Made by a program: the position numbers and the translations under genes. Under the pieces are notes generated by a model. That model did no database searches and was not told the DNA's origin. It was given only the letters and a program-made list of their open reading frames with translations. From positions 8,775-72,774 of the forward strand of contig JAHITU010000007.1 of the NCBI GenBank assembly GCA_018817595.1: 64,000 nt of DNA, given 5' to 3'. The DNA is from Patescibacteria group bacterium (lineage in GTDB: Bacteria; Patescibacteriota; Minisyncoccia; Phycocordibacterales; UBA12079). The stretch's first letter is position 1; each line of letters begins with the position of its first letter. Shown one piece after another: positions 58,274 through 64,000 of the stretch.

Positions 58274-58966
58274 ATGCCTGATTACGAAAAATTTGCCGAA
58301 AAAATAAATATCAAATTTAATAATATTAAATTACTACAAACTGCCTTTACTCACAGGTCTTATTTAAATGAGCATAAAGGAAAAGACTTAGAACATAACG
58401 AGAGATTTGAATTCTTAGGAGATGCAGTTTTAGAATTAGTTACAACTTATCATTTATTTGAAAAGTTTCCAGATGAAAAAGAAGGAGTCTTAACTTCTTA
58501 TCGTTCAGCTATAGTGAACACCACTTCTTTATTGAGAGTAGCCGAGGAATTAGGAGTAAATGATTATTTGTTATTATCAAAAGGGGAAGCAAAAGATACA
58601 GGAAGAGCTAGAAATTTTATTGTGGCAAATGTTATCGAAGCAATTATAGGAGCTATTTATATAGACCAAGGTTACGATTCCGCAGCTAAATTTATTGATA
58701 CATATTTCTTGTCTATTACTGATGATGTAGTAGAGAATTCATTATGGCAAGATGCCAAGAGTCATTTCCAAGAAAAAGCCCAAGAATTTGAAAAAGCGAC
58801 ACCAAGTTACGAAACAATAGAAGAAGTTGGACCTGATCATGATAAAAAATTCAAAGTAGGGGTATTCATTAGAAATAAACTTATCGCAGAGGGAAGTGGA
58901 GTTTCTAAACAAGAAGCCGAACAAATCGCAGCTAAGAATGCTTTAGAAGCGAAACAATGGCAGTAA
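58274..58966 (+). CDS. rnc: ribonuclease III
   Basis: RNase III signature ERFEFLGDAVLEL and a C-terminal dsRBD. Confidence 0.9.
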   Translation: MPDYEKFAEKINIKFNNIKLLQTAFTHRSYLNEHKGKDLEHNERFEFLGDAVLELVTTYHLFEKFPDEKEGVLTSYRSAIVNTTSLLRVAEELGVNDYLLLSKGEAKDTGRARNFIVANVIEAIIGAIYIDQGYDSAAKFIDTYFLSITDDVVENSLWQDAKSHFQEKAQEFEKATPSYETIEEVGPDHDKKFKVGVFIRNKLIAEGSGVSKQEAEQIAAKNALEAKQWQ

Positions 58967-58980
58967 AATAATTAAATAAA

Positions 58981-59010
58981 AAACTACAAGCAAAAAGCTT
59001 GTAGTTTTTT
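58981..59010 (+). terminator. rho-independent terminator after rnc
   Basis: AAACTACAAGCAAAAAGCTTGTAGTTTTTT. Confidence 0.7.
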
Positions 59011-59220
59011 ATTTAATTATTTTAGTATTAAGTATTATGTAGTAAGTATTATGGAGGCCCGACTCCTGCTTATGGCAGGTTCAGGAAAATATTTTTCATC
59101 GTATGCTCGATACGACTCAAAATATTTTCCTGCTCTTCCTCGAACTGTATTCAATTTTGGGATTATTTAAAAAATTAAGCAATTAACTTTAAGGTCGGCA
59201 TTACCGACCTTTTTAAATTA

Positions 59221-59638
59221 TTCATTACAGCGCTCCAAGCGCTGTAATCATGTCGCAAAATTACTTGGACACCCGGTGTCCAAGTGGTTTTAATTTCTAG
59301 AAATTCTGATTGCGTCAAAATTAATCACAGTTCGCTAAAGGTGAACCATCTCTTTGAGCCTGTCCGTCTCAGATGTGGTGATAGCGAAACTATAACTATA
59401 GATGGTTACAAAATCAATCCAGAATCCATTCAACGAAGCAAGTCAGAAAATAATTTAAACTATTCCAATTGATTGGAATAGTTAAAAAATATCGCAAAAT
59501 TACTTGGACACCCGGTGTCCAATGATTCTAATTTTTAGAAATATTGATTTTTCTTGCTAATTCCTTAAATTTAATGTATAAAATCAACAGAAGTTTGGAT
59601 GAAAATTGAATAAATATTAAATAAAAAGGGGAGTAAAG
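59221..59638 (+). promoter_or_regulatory. conserved ~420-bp leader module, copy 1 (structured, with two palindromic operator-like sites overlapping promoter-like hexamers)
   Basis: Hairpin TTACAGCGCTCCAAGCGCTGTAA. ACTTGGACACCCGGTGTCCAAGT at 59263-59285 and 59502-59522. TTGGAC-17-TTTAAT geometry. Nearly identical to 60645-61106. Confidence 0.6.
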
Positions 59639-60592
59639 ATGAAAGCTTTAAAACCGAAAAGTTCAGAATTGTTTGTAGATTCTGTTAAAAGTAAAAAGGA
59701 ATGGATTATGAAAATAATTCTCTTTATTTTGGGAATTTTTATTTTGTTCTGTCTTTGGTGTGTCGGAACTGAGGCTGTGGCTGGAATAACCCAGCAAGAA
59801 ATAACCAATGACGGGGTAAACTCAGGAATGGGCGAAATCCCACAGATTTATAAAAAGGATGGAAAATTCTTTATTCATAAATCTCCAGCGGATATGGTTG
59901 TTGATGAGGCTCCAAAAGAATGGGGGATTTCGTCAGAAGATCAAGAGTCATTGGCTCTTGGTAAAAAGAGTTTTGTCTCTGTTTCTTCAAAGAAAATTGA
60001 ATTTATTTTTTGGGGAAAGTGGATCCCTGAAACCTTGACCGTTATTTACAAAAAAATAGTTAGAATTGAGGATGGAAAATTTTTTCTTTATCATCTTGAT
60101 CCTGTTATGGAACCTAAAATCCAATTTGTACTTCTAACCCTATCCTTCTTTGTCTTTAGTTGTGGTCTGGTTAATGGAAGATTTGCAGGTGTAAATAATG
60201 GTGGATTCTTATGGATTCCTCTTTTTTTATTAGGTCCTATAATTGTGTTGTTAATTATTTTCCTAATTCCATTAATTAATAAAATAATTTTAGAATTCGA
60301 AATTATTTTATTAGCAATTATTTTTTGTTTTATTTTATTATATTACTTATTCCATAAAAACAAAAAAAAAATAGTAACAACTAATGTAATTTCAATTTCA
60401 ATAATCATAATAATAATTGCAGTTTCATTTTTTTCTTGCAATTATTTACAGAATTTTTACTATTTTTTCCTTTTATATTTTCTTTCATATTTTATTTCTT
60501 TTTTCTTTACTCGAAGAAAAGAAGTAAAAGAAAAGAGGAAAGACATGAATTTTTCAAGAATAAGTGGAGTAGGGGGTTCTAAAAAAAATTAA
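59639..60592 (+). CDS. hypothetical polytopic membrane protein (paralog A)
   Basis: N-terminal signal anchor, soluble domain of about 110 aa, several TM helices. Paralog of the 61107-61877 product. Confidence 0.6.
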   Translation: MKALKPKSSELFVDSVKSKKEWIMKIILFILGIFILFCLWCVGTEAVAGITQQEITNDGVNSGMGEIPQIYKKDGKFFIHKSPADMVVDEAPKEWGISSEDQESLALGKKSFVSVSSKKIEFIFWGKWIPETLTVIYKKIVRIEDGKFFLYHLDPVMEPKIQFVLLTLSFFVFSCGLVNGRFAGVNNGGFLWIPLFLLGPIIVLLIIFLIPLINKIILEFEIILLAIIFCFILLYYLFHKNKKKIVTTNVISISIIIIIIAVSFFSCNYLQNFYYFFLLYFLSYFISFFFTRRKEVKEKRKDMNFSRISGVGGSKKN

Positions 60593-60644
60593 TCAGTGAA
60601 TACAACCCCAACCGGTGAGCCTTGTGCCCACCGGTTGTTTTATT

Positions 60645-61106
60645 TATTACAGCACTCCGAGCGCTGTAATCATGTCGCAAAATTACTTGGACACCCGGTG
60701 TCCAAGTGGTTTTAATTTATAGAAATTCTGATTTCGTCAAAATTAATCACAGTTCGCTAAAGGTGAACCATCTCTTTGAGCCTGTCCGTCTCAGATGTGG
60801 TGATAGCGAAACTATAACTATAGATGGTTACAAAATCAATCCAGAATCTATTCGTCTTTGAGAGGTGAATGGATTTTTGGTTTTTGTAAAAACCAAAAAT
60901 CCATTCAACGAGGCAAGTCAGAAAATAATTTAAACTATTCCAATTGATTGGAATAGTTAAAAAATGTCACAAAATTACTTGGACACCCGGTGTCCAATGA
61001 TTCTAATTTTTAGAAATTTAATATTTCTTGCTAATTCCATAAATTTAATGTATAAAATCAACAGAAGTTTGGATGAAAATTGAATAAATAATTTATAAAA
61101 AGGGGA
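60645..61106 (+). promoter_or_regulatory. conserved leader module, copy 2 (with a 52-bp hairpin insertion at about 60849-60906)
   Basis: >95% identical to 59221-59638. Palindromes at 60685-60707 and 60977-60997. Extra perfect inverted repeat GAATGGATTTTTGGTTTTTGTAAAAACCAAAAATCCATTC. Confidence 0.6.
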
Positions 61107-61877
61107 TTGAAGATGAAAACTTTAAAGTTTAAGGGCTCGGATTTGTTCGTGGATTCCATGAGAAACAACAAAAAAGTTTTGATAAAAACCTTTTTGATCA
61201 TACTGGGCTTGTTTATTTTATTTTGTATTTGTTGTGCTATTTGTGAAGCAAATGAGCAAGTATCGAATTTAAATCAGCAGGGGATTTTCTCTTCTGAAAT
61301 CTCTGAGGTTAAAAATGTTTTTAAAACAAGGACGGGGTGGGTAGTGTATAATGATTACCCTGACCAGGTTTTCATAGACCCTTTGGCCGATTGGGATTAT
61401 ATGAGAATTGATCCTAATTATCATAAAGAATTAAAAAAGGTAATCTTAGGCCAAGAAAGTTGTTATTCTGCCACTAAATTAAAAAGATATGTTGTTTTCT
61501 GGGGAAAATTAGTTCCGGAAGTGAGGAGTAAAACCATTTATCGAAAAATTTTTGTAAGGGATGGACAATGGGGTATTGTTGAATCTAATCCTTTTCACAG
61601 TAATGAAACCAATGCTTTCTTTTTATTGGTTCCTTTATTTGTGATTTTATTGGGAATTGTAACATGGATTTTTTTTAAGGATGACAGTCGAATAGGATTA
61701 TCGTTTTTTATATTGATAATTTCAGCTATGTCATATATTTTTAGTTTAGATTATTGGATGAACAGTTTATATTTTTTAATTTTTATTTCTTTGGGATTTT
61801 TCTTAGGCCTTCTGAACGAAAAGAAAAATAAAAAACCTTATTCAAAAACAGGCTCAACTCAAAGTGCTGAGTTGTAG
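61107..61877 (+). CDS. hypothetical polytopic membrane protein (paralog B)
   Basis: Same architecture as paralog A. The sequences are strongly diverged, unlike their leaders. Confidence 0.6.
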   Translation: MKMKTLKFKGSDLFVDSMRNNKKVLIKTFLIILGLFILFCICCAICEANEQVSNLNQQGIFSSEISEVKNVFKTRTGWVVYNDYPDQVFIDPLADWDYMRIDPNYHKELKKVILGQESCYSATKLKRYVVFWGKLVPEVRSKTIYRKIFVRDGQWGIVESNPFHSNETNAFFLLVPLFVILLGIVTWIFFKDDSRIGLSFFILIISAMSYIFSLDYWMNSLYFLIFISLGFFLGLLNEKKNKKPYSKTGSTQSAEL

Positions 61878-61920
61878 TTGAAAACACAAACCCCAACCGG
61901 TGAGCCTTGTGCCCACCGGT

Positions 61921-61990
61921 TGTTTTATTTATTACAGCACTCCGAGCGCTGTAATCATGTCGCAAAATCACTTGGGAATCCAATTTCCAA
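61921..61990 (+). promoter_or_regulatory. partial third copy of the leader 5' module upstream of dnaX
   Basis: ATTACAGCACTCCGAGCGCTGTAATCATGTCGCAAAAT + CACTTGGGAATCCAATTTCCAAGTG, a variant palindrome with the same arms. Followed by a TATAAT-like -10. Confidence 0.5.
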
Positions 61991-62046
61991 GTGGATTTAT
62001 TTTTGTAAAAATTACCTAATCTATTATTTTTTGATATAATATTTCC

Positions 62047-63084
62047 ATGGATAAAAATAACTTAGTTTTATATAGAAAATACCGTCCTTCAAAATTCTCT
62101 GAGGTTTTAGGACAAGATCATATTGTGGATACATTACAAAAAGCTATTTCCTTAGGGAATATTGCCCACGCTTATTTGTTTTCTGGTACTCGAGGAACTG
62201 GCAAAACTTCTATTGCTAGACTTTTGGCTCAAGAAATAAAATGCTCAGCCAACGATTTAAATGAAATTGATGCTGCTTCCAATCGTGGAATTGATGATAT
62301 TCGGGAACTGCGAGAAGCTGTGACAGTTTTGCCTTTTGAATCTCCCTACAAAGTTTATATTATCGACGAAGTTCATATGCTTACCAAAGAGGCTTTCAAT
62401 GCTCTTTTGAAAACATTAGAAGAACCACCTAAACATGTTGTTTTTGTTTTGGCGACAACTGAGTTAGAGAAAATCCCTGATACAATTATGTCCCGTTGCC
62501 AGACCTTTAATTTTAAAAAACCTTCTCTAGAAATTCTTAAAAAAGCCATCCTAGATATTTGTAAAAAGGAAAAACTTGAATTAGAAAATGGAGCCGAGGA
62601 TTTGATTGCTTTACTAGGTGATGGTTCTTTTAGAGATACTTTAGGAATTTTACAAAAAGTAATTTCAGCTTCTAAGGATTCAAAAATATCTACCAAAGAA
62701 GTAGAAAAAATTACAGGAGCTCCAAAAGGGGAGTTGGTAAATGATTTTATTTCAGCTATTTCAGAAAAGGATTTAGATAGGGGATTAAAGGCTGTGCAAC
62801 AAGCCAGTGAAGACTCTATTGATGCCCAATTGTTCTTAAAATTGATTTTACACAAGCTTAGAGCGATTCTGTTGGTAAGATTTGCCAAAGATATGTTAAA
62901 GACTGTAAGGGATGATTTTTCAGAAATAGATTTTGAATTTATACAGGAATTAGCCAATCGTAATGATTCAAACCTAAACTCTAAAACACTGGTTTCACTA
63001 ATTGAATCCTCTTCTTTAATTAAACAATCTTATATTTCTCAATTACCATTAGAATTGGCATTGATGGAATTGATTGAAAATTAA
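62047..63084 (+). CDS. dnaX: DNA polymerase III gamma/tau subunit (short form)
   Basis: YRPSKFSEVLGQDHIV...AYLFSGTRGTGKTSIARLLA clamp-loader AAA+ signature. Confidence 0.85.
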   Translation: MDKNNLVLYRKYRPSKFSEVLGQDHIVDTLQKAISLGNIAHAYLFSGTRGTGKTSIARLLAQEIKCSANDLNEIDAASNRGIDDIRELREAVTVLPFESPYKVYIIDEVHMLTKEAFNALLKTLEEPPKHVVFVLATTELEKIPDTIMSRCQTFNFKKPSLEILKKAILDICKKEKLELENGAEDLIALLGDGSFRDTLGILQKVISASKDSKISTKEVEKITGAPKGELVNDFISAISEKDLDRGLKAVQQASEDSIDAQLFLKLILHKLRAILLVRFAKDMLKTVRDDFSEIDFEFIQELANRNDSNLNSKTLVSLIESSSLIKQSYISQLPLELALMELIEN

Positions 63085-63136
63085 TTTAGTTGAAAAAAAA
63101 CTAAAAAAAGGTAGAATGTATGTCAACGCATTAATT

Positions 63137-63207
63137 TGCCGGATCGTCTAATGGTAGGACACTGGTTTTTGGTACCAGCGATCGGGGTTCGAGTCCCTGT
63201 CCGGCAA
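63137..63207 (+). tRNA. tRNA-Gln (anticodon TTG)
   Basis: Acceptor TGCCGGA/TCCGGCA, D-stem GTCT/GGAC, anticodon stem CTGGT/ACCAG with loop TTTTGGT, T-loop TTCGAGT. Confidence 0.8.
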
Positions 63208-63612
63208 CTATAAAAATAAAGACACTAGAATGAATATTCTAGTGTCTTTATTTTTATTTGTCCGGCAGGGGCTCGAAAGACGAAGGCTGCGAAGCCAGTT
63301 TTTCGAAGAAAAACTGTAGCCGAGTCGGGGTCGCGAGTACTTATTATTTTTGAGTGCGAAGCACGAAAAAAATAATTAGTAACTCGTGACCGAGTCCCTG
63401 TCCGGCAACATATAAAATATAGACCCTAAAGCACTAGCTTTAGGGTCTATATTTTATTTGTCGGACAGGGACTTGAAACGAGCGAAATATATTTTTCTGA
63501 AGCGTTAGCGGAAGAAAAATTTGAGTGAGCAGGGTCGCGAGTTCTTAATAGAATTGAGTCCGTAGGACGAAAATTATATTTAGAACTGGAGACCGAGTCC
63601 CTGTAAAACAAC
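63208..63612 (+). ncRNA. two tandem copies of the tRNA-trailing structured element, each ending in a copy of the tRNA-Gln 3' end
   Basis: Copy 1 runs to about 63409 (…AATTAGTAACTCGTGACCGAGTCCCTGTCCGGCAAC). Copy 2 runs to about 63612 (…GAGACCGAGTCCCTGTAAAACAAC). Each has a terminator hairpin and an inverted TGTCCGGCAGGGGCTCG / TGTCGGACAGGGACTTG. Confidence 0.6.
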
Positions 63613-63846
63613 ATGATTAAATAACCCTAAAGCACTAGCTTTAGGGTCTATATTTAATATCCATCTACTATCACAGGTTCGAACCTGTGTGATGTTTAAT
63701 ATGGTTGGGTAGGGAATAGGTTTTGAAAACTAGTTAGTTAAAGAGAAATTATTGCATTAAATTTTAAAATGCGTTGCTATTTTTTTAGTAAGAGTGTATT
63801 TTATTAATAGATAGTTCGTTCAAATAAATCACTTAAGAGGTGTCCT

Positions 63847-64000
63847 ATGTTAAAAAATAAAGTTTTGTGTCGTTGGGAACCTTCTTTGAAAAAAATTCTT
63901 TTTTCATTTAATGGTTCTCTTAGAGCAATAGAAATGAGCGATATTATAGAATCTGGTTTAGAAAACTTTTTTTTAGTTAATAAAGATAAGCGTTTTGATA
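63847..64000 (+). CDS. partial ORF running off the window end (hypothetical)
   Basis: RBS AAGAGGTG 6 nt upstream of the ATG. Only 51 codons visible. Confidence 0.3.
   Translation, partial: MLKNKVLCRWEPSLKKILFSFNGSLRAIEMSDIIESGLENFFLVNKDKRFD

Noticed and set aside
59284-59472. 62-codon ORF inside leader copy 1 (GTG start).
   Set aside because: In leader copy 2 the corresponding reading frame is cut short by the 52-bp hairpin insertion, although the nucleotide sequence is otherwise nearly identical. The region is dominated by palindromes. More likely non-coding regulatory RNA or DNA.
1-64000. Searched for rRNA genes, CRISPR arrays, and transposase or integrase genes.
   Set aside because: No rRNA-like conserved segments were seen. 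No short regular repeat-spacer arrays. No ORF with recognisable DDE transposase, tyrosine or serine recombinase motifs. The repeat families found here appear non-autonomous.

Overview
This is a 64-kb AT-rich bacterial chromosomal segment, gene-dense, mostly small housekeeping proteins. Several proteins carry unusual terminal extensions and there is one scattered division/cell-wall gene set (mraZ-rsmH-ftsL-ftsI-murF, then ftsQ, ftsW-murG, mraY, murJ and dacA at other sites). The overall picture resembles a reduced-genome (Patescibacteria/CPR-like) organism, though the lineage cannot be proven from sequence alone. Recognisable genes include smc, scpA/scpB, rnr, serS, gltX, dus, dprA, groES/groEL, rmuC, dnaE, dnaX, rpmF, nusB, rnc, two ArsR-family regulator paralogs, a P-type ATPase, four tRNAs (Arg-CCT, Phe-GAA, Glu-CTC, Gln-TTG), and a low-complexity accessory island of secreted and membrane proteins with a DUF3800 protein. 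The most striking content is non-coding. (1) Every tRNA gene is followed by a conserved structured element of about 180-290 nt that ends in a direct copy of that tRNA's own 3' end and holds a matching inverted copy inside; the internal hairpins covary between copies. (2) A ~420-bp leader is duplicated in tandem at >95% identity in front of two diverged membrane-protein paralogs, and a third partial copy sits before dnaX. (3) Perfect 28-38-bp AT-rich palindromes bracket each ArsR paralog. (4) There are several families of short intergenic repeats: MITE-like elements with conserved termini, GC-rich 20-bp palindromes (two lying in-frame inside genes), and GACTTT iteron-like clusters next to many genes. 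No rRNA genes and no CRISPR array are present.
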